A stretch of 64,000 nt of DNA from Bacillota bacterium (GTDB taxonomy: Bacteria; Bacillota; Clostridia; Lachnospirales; Lachnospiraceae), in the NCBI GenBank assembly GCA_023424995.1, contig JAFADH010000332.1:17237-81236 (forward strand), written 5' to 3'. A model generated the notes under the pieces. The model saw nothing but the letters and a program-made list of their open reading frames with translations. It was not told the origin of the DNA and ran no database searches. Shown piece by piece: positions 17,984-28,100 of the stretch (the first letter of the stretch is position 1; each line of letters opens with the position of its first letter). Position numbers and translations under genes: made by a program.

Positions 17984-19090
17984 TTAATCTAAAATTCCGT
18001 GCATGGGATTATTTTTCATGGGAAGTACGCGTTCAAAATGTGTCTCAAGGGGGATATACCGTTTCTCATTGCTGCTCTTTTCAAAGCTGGTCAATATCTC
18101 GAGCACATGGTAGGTCTGCTCACAGCCTGCGCGGAAATCCCTGCCCGTCTGCAGAGCCTTAGCCATATCAGCGAGACCGAGCCCCCTGGAATTTTCCTTA
18201 TAATCGAATAACAGAGGTATCTCCCTTAGGGATCCGTCCTCCGGGCGAAGGAGCTTAACCGGGCCTCCGAAGGTATTGGGATCCGGAACAATCAGTGTTC
18301 CCTTGGAGCCGTAGATCTCAAGTCTTGCCTGGGTTTCATAATATACATCAAAGGTCGTGAAGATGGTACCCACCGCTCCGTTATCAAAATGCAGGATACC
18401 CGTGATATAGGTAGGAACCGTTACATCCACGATAGTACCGTTCTTGGGCTGGCTGGTAATGGTCCGCTGGGGGAAGCTGGTCTTCGTAACACCGGTCACA
18501 CCGGATACGCCGCCTATCAGATTAACCAAAGCGGTTATGTAATAGGGTCCCATATCCATCATGGGCCCGCCGCCGTATTGATAATAGAATTCCGGGTCCG
18601 GATGCCAGGTCTCATGACCGTGGCAGATCATAAAGGCTGCTGCGCCGATGGGCTCACCGATATATCCGTCATCAATCAGTTTGCGGCAGGTCTGGATTCC
18701 GGAGCCAAGGAAGGTGTCCGGAGCGCCTCCCAGCAGCAGCTTCCTGGATTTTGCAAGAGCTGCCAGCTCCCTGCCCTCCTCGAAGCTGGCCCCCAAGGGC
18801 TTCTCACTGTAGACATGCTTTCCTGCCTGGAGGGCAGCCTTGGTGACCTCATAATGCTCATAGGGTCTTGTGAGATTTAGTATAATATCTACCTCCGGAT
18901 CAGCGAAGGCATCGTGCATGGTATCATATATTTTTTTTACATGGTATTTTTCCTGCGCCGCTTCTGCCCGTTCCCGAATAAGATCGCAGACGCCGACCAA
19001 CTCAAGCTCTTTGAATACCCCGGTAATATTCTCAAGATAGATACCGCTGATGGCACCTACTCCGATCATGGCAACTTTCACTGTATTCAT
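17984..19090 (-). CDS. Gfo/Idh/MocA-family oxidoreductase
   Basis: The ORF extends to 19099 (TTG). The preferred start is ATG 19090 (MNTVKVAMIGVGAISGIY), 9 nt after AGGAG. It has an N-terminal Rossmann GxGxxG. Confidence 0.8.
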   Translation of the reverse strand: MNTVKVAMIGVGAISGIYLENITGVFKELELVGVCDLIRERAEAAQEKYHVKKIYDTMHDAFADPEVDIILNLTRPYEHYEVTKAALQAGKHVYSEKPLGASFEEGRELAALAKSRKLLLGGAPDTFLGSGIQTCRKLIDDGYIGEPIGAAAFMICHGHETWHPDPEFYYQYGGGPMMDMGPYYITALVNLIGGVSGVTGVTKTSFPQRTITSQPKNGTIVDVTVPTYITGILHFDNGAVGTIFTTFDVYYETQARLEIYGSKGTLIVPDPNTFGGPVKLLRPEDGSLREIPLLFDYKENSRGLGLADMAKALQTGRDFRAGCEQTYHVLEILTSFEKSSNEKRYIPLETHFERVLPMKNNPMHGILD

Positions 19091-19310
19091 ATATATCAAC
19101 TCCTGTCTGCCGCTTTGGCGGCATATAAATCCTGAGCGAAAAGCACACTTTGTGCTTTTTGCCGGTTTAAAATGTCTTTCTTTTCAACCTGTCTCCCTGC
19201 TGTATTTTCACCCTTGCCCGGCTGCTCAAAGGATATTTTCTTCTGTCACTGAGCAAGCAGGTAAGCGTTGGCATATAAGCCTCACAATGTTATCTAGGCT
19301 TTTTTATATA

Positions 19311-20042
19311 TTAATACATCTTAGCCGTATTCTCGAATCTCTCTGTGGTAAGTCCGTGCTGCAGGGCATATTGCTTCCCTTCTGCAGCCCATACAAGACC
19401 GCGCTCCATGATGACCTGAGAAGCAGGGGATTTGTCGAACACATCATCATGATGACCCAGGGAAGTATAGAATACCCTTCCGTTTCCCCAGAATTTAGTC
19501 CAAGCAACCGGCATATCCACAGGTTTGTTGGAGATATGGTAGTAATTCACGCTGGGGAATCTTGTGGTTGCAAGCACCTCGATGGCAGGATCAATATGCA
19601 GATAATAATGCTCGCTCCATACCTTAAAGTCTTCCAGTCCCTCAGTAATCGGACTGGATCCCTTATTAATGTGAACCGTATATTCGACTCCGTCACCGCC
19701 GGGATGGCTGACCCATTGTCCGCCTGTCATGAACTGCCATTCCGTATTGTCCCGGAAGGAGTCGCACATGCCTCCGTGGCAGCCGGCCAGCCCCACACCG
19801 GAGCCTATTGCCCTGGAGAGATTCTTCACATAATCATTATTGATCTTATCCATAGTCCAGCAAGCGACCACCAGCTCCAGTTCCATCAGCATCCGGTCAT
19901 CCGCCAGTACATCCAGGGTATCCGAGATGGTGCAGGAATAGCCGTGCTTTTCCAATAATCCTGCGAATCGCCTGGAGGTAAGCTTAGGTTCATGTCCGTC
20001 CCAGCCGCCCTGTAATATTAATACCTTCTTTTCTTTACTCAT
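19311..20042 (-). CDS. ThuA-domain protein (trehalose-utilisation-like)
   Basis: MSKEKKVLILQGGWDGHEP... has a class-I glutamine-amidotransferase-like ThuA fold. The start is ambiguous (ATG 20042 or TTG 20054). A hairpin plus T-run lies downstream at about 19140-19170 on the minus strand. Confidence 0.6.
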   Translation of the reverse strand: MSKEKKVLILQGGWDGHEPKLTSRRFAGLLEKHGYSCTISDTLDVLADDRMLMELELVVACWTMDKINNDYVKNLSRAIGSGVGLAGCHGGMCDSFRDNTEWQFMTGGQWVSHPGGDGVEYTVHINKGSSPITEGLEDFKVWSEHYYLHIDPAIEVLATTRFPSVNYYHISNKPVDMPVAWTKFWGNGRVFYTSLGHHDDVFDKSPASQVIMERGLVWAAEGKQYALQHGLTTERFENTAKMY

Positions 20043-20185
20043 ATTAACAGCCAAACCCCTTTCTTTATTGTTTTTACACCTGATTGTGTAAATTCTTGAT
20101 TTTCCTGTAGTAAGATTATCAGAAGTTGCATTATACTTCTGATAAAAGGTGTTGTTTTTGCACCGTGCATAATTAATACATACCG

Positions 20186-21241
20186 TTATATCCTGCAGGA
20201 TACGGGCTTTCCTTCCTTTGCAGCCTGGAAGATAAGATCGATCAATGACATGACACGCAGTGCCTGTTCCGGCTTAACGATCAGCTCGGCACCCTGGTCC
20301 AGCACATCAAAGACATTCTTATAGTATTCTGTCCAGGAGGTCTCTACCGTTGGCAGAGGCAGGATGCTCTTGGTATAATCCGGTCTCGGCGCCATGGTTC
20401 TGGTAGGTCCGGCAGCGGTATAGACAATATCATCCTCCCATTTCAGAACTTCCCTGCCTGCCAGCTTTACGATCTCTCCGCTGCACTCCCAATCCCTGAT
20501 CACTGCGGTGCCTTCGCTGCCGCACATATGCCATCTGGGCTGGTTGATAAAGCAGTTTGTCGCCACCTCCACCAGGGCGGAGATGCCATTCTCAAAGGTC
20601 AAAAATACCTTAAAGTTATCATCCACCTCCTGATTGAACAGCTGTACCAGGTGAGGTGCCACAGATACTACCGGACTGTCCACCAGGTTCAGCAGCTGGT
20701 CGAAGAGATGCACACCCCAGTCATATACCATACCGCCGCCGTTCTCCTTATATCCGCGCCAGCCGTGAAGCATCTGTCCGGAGCCCTGGACACGGCTCTC
20801 GATATAGTAAGGAGTTCCGATGGTCCCGTCGTGGAAGAGCTGCCGGATGATACGGTAATCCCTGTCCCATCTGCGATTCTGATGGATCGTGAAGAGCTTG
20901 CCGGTCTCAAGAGAGACGGTGATGATTTCCCTCAATTCATCCGCATTCATGGTAACGGGTTTCTCACACACAACATTCTTGCCGCCTCTGAGACAGCGGA
21001 TGGCATAATCCTTATGAAAATTATTAGGTACAACGATGGTTACCAGGTCGATCTCCTTATCTGCTATTATCTCTTCTACATCCTTGTAGACATACAGGCC
21101 ATTCTCTCTGGCTTTGCTTCGGGCCTCCTCACGGACATCGTATATGCCCTTGACCAAATCCGGATCGATGGATTCGGCAATGCTTTTATGATGCCAGCCA
21201 CCCATGCCGCCATAGCCGATGATTGCTAATCTGTGTTTCAT
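20186..21241 (-). CDS. Gfo/Idh/MocA-family oxidoreductase
   Basis: MKHRLAIIGYGGMGGWHHKSI... has a Rossmann N-terminus and a typical EKP motif (VVCEKPV). Confidence 0.8.
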   Translation of the reverse strand: MKHRLAIIGYGGMGGWHHKSIAESIDPDLVKGIYDVREEARSKARENGLYVYKDVEEIIADKEIDLVTIVVPNNFHKDYAIRCLRGGKNVVCEKPVTMNADELREIITVSLETGKLFTIHQNRRWDRDYRIIRQLFHDGTIGTPYYIESRVQGSGQMLHGWRGYKENGGGMVYDWGVHLFDQLLNLVDSPVVSVAPHLVQLFNQEVDDNFKVFLTFENGISALVEVATNCFINQPRWHMCGSEGTAVIRDWECSGEIVKLAGREVLKWEDDIVYTAAGPTRTMAPRPDYTKSILPLPTVETSWTEYYKNVFDVLDQGAELIVKPEQALRVMSLIDLIFQAAKEGKPVSCRI

Positions 21242-21389
21242 GCCGTAAACCTCTTTTCATATTGTTTATCTTGTGATATTCTTGGGATAACATAAGCAAT
21301 TACAATTGTATTATATCAAGTGCTCTTATTTCCGTGTGACAATGTAATTAAAAACCTGGTCAAATATTGCTGTATTGGAGTGTAAATAT

Positions 21390-22202
21390 ATGCTGCCCTT
21401 TTATGAGAATAAGCAGGATGAACTAAGAGTGTTTTATGCGGAGAATATTCATTTCCCCGCTCATCTGCACAGCCAGATCGAGCTTTTATATGTAGTAAGC
21501 GGTTCCATTGAGGTAACGGTCTTTAACAAGTCAAAATTACTTAAACAGGGAGACTTTGCGGCGGTATTCCCGAATACCATACACAGCTATGCTTCAGTGG
21601 AGGGAGAAAAGCCCTGCCGCATCATCCTGGCGATCGGCAGCCTGGAGCTTACCGGAGATTTCTTTCGGAAGCTTACGAGCTATTACCCCACCGCTCCCTT
21701 CATCCCGGCGGACAGGCTGCATAAGAATGTAAGCTTTGCCATGCGGGAGCTGGAGAAGGAATACCGTGAGGGCCGGGATCTGAATGCCTGCCGTGCGCTG
21801 CTGCTTCTGATCCTCTCACGGGCCCTTCCTCTGCTTGATCTGACCAGGAATAAGGATATTGAGAATTATGATTTGACTTATCTGATTGTGAATTATGTGG
21901 CGGAGCATTTTCAGGAAGGGCTGACCCTGACAGAGCTGGCGAATCATCTGAACGTCAGCAAGTATTATCTCTCCAGGGTGTTTTCGGCCAAGCTGAATAC
22001 CAACTTCAATCAATATCTTAATTATATCAGGGCAAATTACGCCCTGACCCAGATACAATCCACCAACCACACCCTGACCAGGATCAGTGTTGACTCCGGT
22101 TTTGAAAGCCAGCGCACCTTCAACCGTGCCTTCAGGGAGATATTCCATATGACGCCCAGCGAGTACCGAAAGCGTGCCAGCACATTATTGCAGGATTCAT
22201 GA
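21390..22202 (+). CDS. AraC-family transcriptional regulator (cupin + HTH)
   Basis: The preferred start is ATG 21390 (MLPFYENK), 9 nt after GGAG. It has an N-terminal cupin (HLHSQIELLYVVSGS) and a C-terminal AraC HTH (FESQRTFNRAFREIFHMTPSEYR). It is divergent from the oxidoreductase/ThuA cluster. Confidence 0.85.
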   Translation: MLPFYENKQDELRVFYAENIHFPAHLHSQIELLYVVSGSIEVTVFNKSKLLKQGDFAAVFPNTIHSYASVEGEKPCRIILAIGSLELTGDFFRKLTSYYPTAPFIPADRLHKNVSFAMRELEKEYREGRDLNACRALLLLILSRALPLLDLTRNKDIENYDLTYLIVNYVAEHFQEGLTLTELANHLNVSKYYLSRVFSAKLNTNFNQYLNYIRANYALTQIQSTNHTLTRISVDSGFESQRTFNRAFREIFHMTPSEYRKRASTLLQDS

Positions 22203-22359
22203 CATACCCGGGCAAAGATCTGCTGCAGGAATATAGTATATTCCGAGATATCTTAATTTCGAGTTGCCATTATATTGCGGAGGCTCTTTATTTAAAAATA
22301 GAATGAATCGGCGGTACGAGTCATAGAATCATATGAGTAATATTTAAACGGAGGTTAAG

Positions 22360-22776
22360 ATGAAGAGGGCAAGGACTGTCATTCTGATTCTTACGGTAAT
22401 AATTGCTGTCTTGAGCTTTACAGGCTGCAAGGCGGAGAATACGGACGTGAAGAAACTAAAGGATTTGGATTTTACAGTGGTTGAAGATGCGGATGTACCG
22501 GGAGAACTGAAGGAAATCATTGATGAGAAGAAGGAAGAACCCTTCCGTTTGTCCTATTCGAATAAAGACAATCTATACATTGTGGTAGGTTACGGTAAGC
22601 AGAACAGCGGCGGTTACAGTATTACGGTTGATGATCTGTACCTGACCAAGAATGCCATCTATATTAATACGAATCTAATGGGGCCCTCCCAGGACGATTT
22701 TGTATCCCAGGGAGTTACTTACCCGTATGTAGTGGTAAAATTGGAGTATATGGACTATAAAGTAGTGTTCGATTAA
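22360..22776 (+). CDS. PrcB-C-domain lipoprotein
   Basis: The signal and lipobox read LSFTGC. The C-terminal stretch GYGKQNSGGYSITVDDLY...VTYPYVVVKLE resembles the PrcB C-terminal domain. Confidence 0.5.
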   Translation: MKRARTVILILTVIIAVLSFTGCKAENTDVKKLKDLDFTVVEDADVPGELKEIIDEKKEEPFRLSYSNKDNLYIVVGYGKQNSGGYSITVDDLYLTKNAIYINTNLMGPSQDDFVSQGVTYPYVVVKLEYMDYKVVFD

Positions 22777-23012
22777 CAATATATAGTTCCATATTATAAC
22801 ATGATATCTATATATTGTGTGCACAAAATTTGGGATAATGACGGAAATGTTCAATTCCGTCGCTTGATATTTGTGCATTTTAATAGTGTACCATAGGGAT
22901 AACGGCCTAAGTTTGTGAAAATATTCCATTAAAAGTTACAAAATTTCATGAAATAGATGTGCATATTTTTCAGTACAAACCGCTTGCAACATCTGAATTG
23001 TCTGAAAATTCA

Positions 23013-23041
23013 TTGACCAAACACCTTATTTATGCTATACT
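23013..23041 (+). promoter_or_regulatory. veg promoter (SigA, extended -10)
   Basis: TTGACC (23013-23018), 17-nt spacer ending TGC, TATACT (23036-23041). Confidence 0.55.
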
Positions 23042-23096
23042 AGTCACGTTGAGAAGACTAGTCCATGTGCAAAGATGCATTAGTAAGGAGATAACT

Positions 23097-23339
23097 ATGG
23101 TGCAAAATAATGTGAGTAACGTCCGGAATGCAGTAGCAAACCAGATGGGGAAGAAGGTCAAGATTCGAATCAACAGGGGCAGACATAAAGTGGATGTGTC
23201 GGAGGGGATCATATCAGAGACATATCCAAGCATTTTCCTGATCAAAATACAAGAAGCTGATAACATGCCGGTTAGAACAGTATCTTATAGTTATACGGAT
23301 ATATTGACAAAAGATGTTGAACTTATTCTGTGCAGCTAA
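23097..23339 (+). CDS. veg: Veg (biofilm-formation stimulator, DUF1021)
   Basis: The preferred start is ATG 23097, 6 nt after AAGGAG. MVQNNVSNVRNAVANQMGKKVKIRINRGRHKVDVSEGIISETYPSIFLIK...VSYSYTDILTKDVEL closely follows the B. subtilis Veg pattern (ETYPSVF, SYSYADIL). Confidence 0.85.
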   Translation: MVQNNVSNVRNAVANQMGKKVKIRINRGRHKVDVSEGIISETYPSIFLIKIQEADNMPVRTVSYSYTDILTKDVELILCS

Positions 23340-23522
23340 ATTACATTTATATATTAAATTTTGGATGTGAATGAGGCATGACATACTCCGCGGATTAATC
23401 CGCCGGAATAGTCGTACCTCATTTTTTATTGTTTTATATATTATTTTTCATAATTCAAGATCTCCACGAATAAGATATGACAGAGGCATCCGTCGTATGT
23501 CCAAATCTAAGGAGGGATTGAA

Positions 23523-25091
23523 GTGGAGTTAATTAAAAAGAATATTCATATGAATAAATTGAAATGTAAGAGCACCCTGCAGCTTACATTAGATGATGAC
23601 TTTAATGTTCCTGACGTTAAGCCGGACATTGATCAGATAATAGCGGAGCAGGGTGAAGTCAGAATCAGTGATATCAGAGCAACGAACGGAAAGCTCATAG
23701 TTAAGGGTGCACTTGTATTTAACGTTTTGTATCTGAGTGAGGGAGATCAAAGACCGATTCAGAACATCAGCGGTGAGATCCCATTTGATGAAGTCATCAA
23801 TATGGATATGTCCTGTGAAGATGATGATCTTATGGTAAAATGGGATCTTGAAGACCTGACCAGCGGCATGATTAATTCCAGAAAGCTCAGTATAAGGGCC
23901 ATTGTTGGCCTGTATGTAACAGTGGAGGAGCTATATGACGAAGAAACCGCTGTTATGGTAGAAGGACCGGAGGATGTTCAATACATAAACAAAAAGATCG
24001 AAGTGACGGATGTAGCGATCAATAAGAAGGACACCTACCGGATCAAGGATGAGATCAATCTGCCGGCGAACAAAGGAAATATCTCCTCACTGCTCTATAA
24101 GGACGTGGACTTAAGCAGTGTTGAGGTCAGGTTATTGGACGATCGCTTTACCATCAAGGGCGAGCTGCCGGTATTCATTCTCTATACCAGTGACGATGAG
24201 GAAAACCCCATCGAATATTATGAGACTGAAGTACCGTTCAGCGGCACGGTTGACTGCAATGGCTGCACGGAGGATATGATTGAGGATATTACCTGTGCCA
24301 TCGGCAGTAAAAACATGGAGATTAAACCGGATGCAGACGGGGAAGAGAGAGTGATTGATCTTGAGGTAATACTGGATCTGGGAATTAAGGTATACAAGGT
24401 GGAAGAGCCTGAGATCCTGTGTGATGTGTATTGCCCGTCAAAAGAGATTATACCGATCGTCCGCGACGCCACCTATGAGAATCTGGTTATCAAGAACAAT
24501 AGTAAATACCGGATCGCAGACCGGATCATGGTTCCGGAGAATCAGCCCAGAATCCTTCAGATCTGCCATGGCAGCGGCGGGATCAAGATTGATGATATCG
24601 TTGCGGAGGGCAATGAGCTTCTTGTGGAGGGCGTGGTTGAGGTCAACATACTTTATATCTCCGAGGATGACAGAAAGCCTATGACCTCTATTAAAGGCCT
24701 TGTCCCCTTCTCCCAGGTGATAGAGCTAAAAGGTATGAAACCCGGCAGCAATTATGAGATCAAGCCTACCATTGACCAGCTGAATGTCATGATGCTGGAC
24801 AGTGAAGAAATTGAAGTAAAAGCCACCATCAATCTGAATACCATTGTCTTTGACCTGATTACCGAACCCATCATAACCGATGTTGAGGTAGCGGATCTGG
24901 ATATGGATAAAATCCAGGCGATGCCGGGCATCATCGGTTATGTTGTTAAGAGCGGAGATTCTCTGTGGAATATTGCCAAGAGATATTATACAACCATGGA
25001 TAACATCATGGCGATCAACGACCTGGAGGATGACCGGATTAAGGAAGGCGATAAGCTGATAATTACAAAGAAAGTAGATGCAATCGTATAA
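23523..25091 (+). CDS. SPOCS/DUF3794 repeat protein with C-terminal LysM domain
   Basis: The GTG start lies 6 nt after GGAGGG. It has repeated DUF3794-like modules (FNVPDVKPDIDQII...). The C-terminal LysM reads YVVKSGDSLWNIAKRYYTTMDNIMAINDL. Its position between veg and ispE is typical of Clostridia. Confidence 0.65.
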   Translation: MELIKKNIHMNKLKCKSTLQLTLDDDFNVPDVKPDIDQIIAEQGEVRISDIRATNGKLIVKGALVFNVLYLSEGDQRPIQNISGEIPFDEVINMDMSCEDDDLMVKWDLEDLTSGMINSRKLSIRAIVGLYVTVEELYDEETAVMVEGPEDVQYINKKIEVTDVAINKKDTYRIKDEINLPANKGNISSLLYKDVDLSSVEVRLLDDRFTIKGELPVFILYTSDDEENPIEYYETEVPFSGTVDCNGCTEDMIEDITCAIGSKNMEIKPDADGEERVIDLEVILDLGIKVYKVEEPEILCDVYCPSKEIIPIVRDATYENLVIKNNSKYRIADRIMVPENQPRILQICHGSGGIKIDDIVAEGNELLVEGVVEVNILYISEDDRKPMTSIKGLVPFSQVIELKGMKPGSNYEIKPTIDQLNVMMLDSEEIEVKATINLNTIVFDLITEPIITDVEVADLDMDKIQAMPGIIGYVVKSGDSLWNIAKRYYTTMDNIMAINDLEDDRIKEGDKLIITKKVDAIV

Positions 25092-25275
25092 GCCGGCCGA
25101 ATGGATATCAGACCAGGCTGAGGCATGATCATATTAAAAATCATAATAGCGGACCCTTATGACAGGAAGGTCCGCTATTTGCTATTAACTTATTACGTAA
25201 ATCTTCCGAAATAGAGAGTACAAAGCACCTGTTAATCAAGGGAGGAGACTCCCCTGCAGATCAAGGAGGATTGTT

Positions 25276-25887
25276 ATGAGCGTAAATGGAGTTACCGGCA
25301 TGGCGCAAACCTATGATTCGAAAGGAACATCAAGGTCAAGTGCAAACCAGTCGAAGAATGCGAATGAGGCAAAACAGCAGGACACCGATGCGGTGATCTA
25401 CGATAAGAGTGAAACAGTAACAGCGGTATCGGCTAATAAAGTATACCAGAGAGATCAGGCAGCCATAGACAGATTGTGGGCGGAGGCTGAGAAGCGTTCC
25501 CAGAGCTTAAGGGATCTGGTGGAAAAGATGCTTCTTAAGCAGGGACAGGCATATACCGATTCCACCGACATATATGCGTTGCTTCGGGAAGGGAAGCTCA
25601 CCGTAGATCCTGAGGTACAAGAACAGGCTAAAAAAGACATCGCTGAGGACGGATACTGGGGCATAGAACAGACCTCGGAGCGCCTGTTGTCCTTCGCCAA
25701 AGCACTGTCCGGAGGAGATCCCTCCAAAGCAGACGAGCTGATCGAGGCAATAAAGAAAGGCTTTGAAGAAGCTGCCGGGGCTTGGGGCGGGGAGCTTCCG
25801 GATATCTGCCGGAAGACCGTCGATGCAGCCATTACGAAGCTGGAAGCCTGGAGGGATAGTTCGGTAAGCTCCAGTTCCGATGAATAA
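25276..25887 (+). CDS. hypothetical protein (possibly DUF5610-like)
   Basis: 203 aa with SD AAGGAGGA. It has a polar N-terminus. The C-terminal stretch YWGIEQTSERLLSFAKAL...GELPDICRKTVDA recalls DUF5610 proteins, but the assignment is from memory only. Confidence 0.5.
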   Translation: MSVNGVTGMAQTYDSKGTSRSSANQSKNANEAKQQDTDAVIYDKSETVTAVSANKVYQRDQAAIDRLWAEAEKRSQSLRDLVEKMLLKQGQAYTDSTDIYALLREGKLTVDPEVQEQAKKDIAEDGYWGIEQTSERLLSFAKALSGGDPSKADELIEAIKKGFEEAAGAWGGELPDICRKTVDAAITKLEAWRDSSVSSSSDE

Positions 25888-25906
25888 TAAACAGACAGAT
25901 GTAGAC

Positions 25907-25952
25907 GATCAGGATAATATATCTCCGTGTGGAAGTATGTATTATCCTGATC
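25907..25952. terminator. bidirectional terminator between convergent genes
   Basis: Perfect 13-bp arms GATCAGGATAATA (25907-25919) and TATTATCCTGATC (25940-25952). Confidence 0.55.
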
Positions 25953-25962
25953 ATATTCTTGC

Positions 25963-26859
25963 CTAACGCTGCTGCCGGTGTGCGGCAGGACCCGGCCAAT
26001 AGGGTTTTGTCAGGAATACCTGCCTGCCGTAATGCTTGCGCCTTCTGAAATAATATAATGAATTTTTGGCAAATACCGGATCCTTATAGATGCCGAATAC
26101 AGTGGGCCCGCTTCCGCTCATCAGGGAAGTGACAGCACCTAACTCAAGCATCTTCTTTTTGATTTTCTCGATAATCGGATATTCCTTCGCTGTGACGGTC
26201 TGCAGTATATTATCCATATTCTTGGTCAACGCAGTCAGATCCCCGGAGCTCAATGCATCACACATAGCAGGAATATCAGGATGTATACTTGCTTCCGTCA
26301 GCCGCAGATTCTCATACACATATTTGGTGGATACGCTGATATCCGGCTTTACGAGAAGGACGAAGCAGCCAGGGATGGGATCCAGCGGTGTAAGGATCTC
26401 ACCGATGCCCTCGGAGAGCGCCGTTCCAAGCCGGATGCAATAAGGAACATCCGCACCAAGCTTCACGCCAAGCTTCATTAATTCTTCTGTGGAAAGACCT
26501 GCCTGGTATAACTCATTCAAGCCTTTCAAGGCAGCAGCAGCATCAGAGCTGCCTCCCGCCAGACCTGCTGCAACAGGAATGTTCTTCTCCAGCCTGATAT
26601 TCAAGCCTTCTTTCACAGATATGGTTTTTAAGAATAGGGCGGCTGCTTTATATACTAAATTACCCTGATCGTTAGGAATATAGGAGAGATTTGTATTGAT
26701 GCGAATGCCTTCCGCGGCAGACCGGGTGATTGTAATTACATCATGTAATTCAAGAGACTGCATGATCATTCGGACCTCGTGGTAGCCATCGGGACGCTTG
26801 TTGAGAACATCGAGCCCCAGGTTTATTTTTGCATATGCATTAACGGTTATGGAATTCAT
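25963..26859 (-). CDS. ispE: 4-diphosphocytidyl-2-C-methyl-D-erythritol kinase
   Basis: MNSITVNAYAKINLGLDVLNKRPDGYHEV... has the GHMP kinase motif PVAAGLAGGSSDAAA. Confidence 0.9.
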   Translation of the reverse strand: MNSITVNAYAKINLGLDVLNKRPDGYHEVRMIMQSLELHDVITITRSAAEGIRINTNLSYIPNDQGNLVYKAAALFLKTISVKEGLNIRLEKNIPVAAGLAGGSSDAAAALKGLNELYQAGLSTEELMKLGVKLGADVPYCIRLGTALSEGIGEILTPLDPIPGCFVLLVKPDISVSTKYVYENLRLTEASIHPDIPAMCDALSSGDLTALTKNMDNILQTVTAKEYPIIEKIKKKMLELGAVTSLMSGSGPTVFGIYKDPVFAKNSLYYFRRRKHYGRQVFLTKPYWPGPAAHRQQR

Positions 26860-27254
26860 AATACCTCCTGATCATCATGGAAAGGCGGATATGGCGTACC
26901 GGGACGGCTGCTCCGGACATTGTCTTCCGCTCTTAAATCCGGCCTATCCGTATTCTATCACAGATGAACGGGCTTTACAACGAACAACATAATACGCACG
27001 ATAAAGGATGAAGCGGAATTATCCCTGTAAGTATAGGCGGCGAATATTAAGTATAGGCAGCGAATATAATAAAACCTCATGCAGCGTCTGCATGGCCATA
27101 AACCAATGAGCAGGCTGAATGAGGTTATGTAAGCCAAGCCGTACTGCCTGTATACCATCCGGCACAGTTTTATTAAAGATGGATGAGACAGTAAGCCGGT
27201 GCAATGTTCTGAAATATCTTCACAAATTATTCTGTCTGATTTTTCAAACGCGTT

Positions 27255-27929
27255 TTAGCTTAATAAATTCTTCAATAATTCAAGAAATTTAAACTTTACC
27301 TTTATCGGCGTCTTTCTGCTGATTAAGGTATTATATTCTTCGTCGGTCAGTAAGGTCTTTAATTTCTCACCGGAATTACCGTCAACGATGCCATAGGTCT
27401 CATCCACGAAACACAGGGGAGGGAACATAAGGCACCACCAGTTCCTGCCCTGTGCCTCCCCGATCTGCACCCTGAGCGCATCGTAATAACCGGGAGGGAA
27501 GGTATAGTCTCCATATATCTTCAATGGGAAATAGCTTTGTGACAGACTGACCGTAACGGGGTAGGAATAACCGTTCTCCTTAACGGTATCCTCTGCCAGC
27601 TCCTGAATATAAGGAAGACGCTGTTCTATGATATCCTTGGCTTCTAAAATGGAATCCGTCTTACTTAAGATAGGGGACAGATGATTGACCAGATTGTCGC
27701 GAACCAGTAATTTTAATTCCTGATCCTCATCACTGTCGCTATTGGCAATAACGTGAAAGCGGATTATCTCCTGTGCGATACCGGATTGCAATTCCCTGCC
27801 ATGCACGGCATTTGCTTTGATTAAAAGAGTGGTAACCCCGCAGATAAATAGGAACATTACAAGAAGCATGGTACGAAACTTCTCGCACAGGGGCTGATCG
27901 TCAATTGGATTTGGTATGTATGATTTCAT
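27255..27929 (-). CDS. spoIIR: stage II sporulation protein R
   Basis: It has a signal anchor, then IRFHVIANSDSDEDQELKLLVRD and the C-terminal NWWCLMFPPLCF, both hallmarks of SpoIIR. Confidence 0.85.
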   Translation of the reverse strand: MKSYIPNPIDDQPLCEKFRTMLLVMFLFICGVTTLLIKANAVHGRELQSGIAQEIIRFHVIANSDSDEDQELKLLVRDNLVNHLSPILSKTDSILEAKDIIEQRLPYIQELAEDTVKENGYSYPVTVSLSQSYFPLKIYGDYTFPPGYYDALRVQIGEAQGRNWWCLMFPPLCFVDETYGIVDGNSGEKLKTLLTDEEYNTLISRKTPIKVKFKFLELLKNLLS

Positions 27930-28036
27930 GGTTCCTCCTGGAATATTATAAACTATGTTAATCGGTAGTTAGAGTATTAACATAATATGGGTATCTATTC
28001 AAGAAAGGATATATTCTGCCCGGAGAAAGATTGGAA

Positions 28037-28065
28037 TTGACAGAATATATTTTTAGAGCTAAGAT
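28037..28065 (+). promoter_or_regulatory. SigA-type promoter of the ABC-F leader
   Basis: TTGACA (28037-28042), 17 nt, TAAGAT (28060-28065). Confidence 0.5.
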
Positions 28066-28076
28066 AAGGATAGTAA

Positions 28077-28100
28077 ATGAAAGGATACCAATCGGCCTGA
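28077..28100 (+). promoter_or_regulatory. 7-codon leader ORF (MKGYQSA) in the ABC-F leader
   Basis: AAGGA SD, 6 nt, then ATG AAA GGA TAC CAA TCG GCC TGA. The last codons and the stop lie inside the hairpin AATCGGCC-TGACC-GGCTGATT. Confidence 0.4.

Noticed and set aside
19050-19958. 302-aa plus-strand ORF antisense to the ThuA gene. The same class includes 20528-21229, 15513-16223, 15299-15850, 41842-42501, 54641-55474 and 56359-56913.
   Set aside because: All lie antisense to strongly supported genes. They lack SD sequences and recognisable motifs, and their composition is skewed (Arg/Ser/Pro/Cys-rich). They are typical shadow ORFs of genes with GC-rich third positions.
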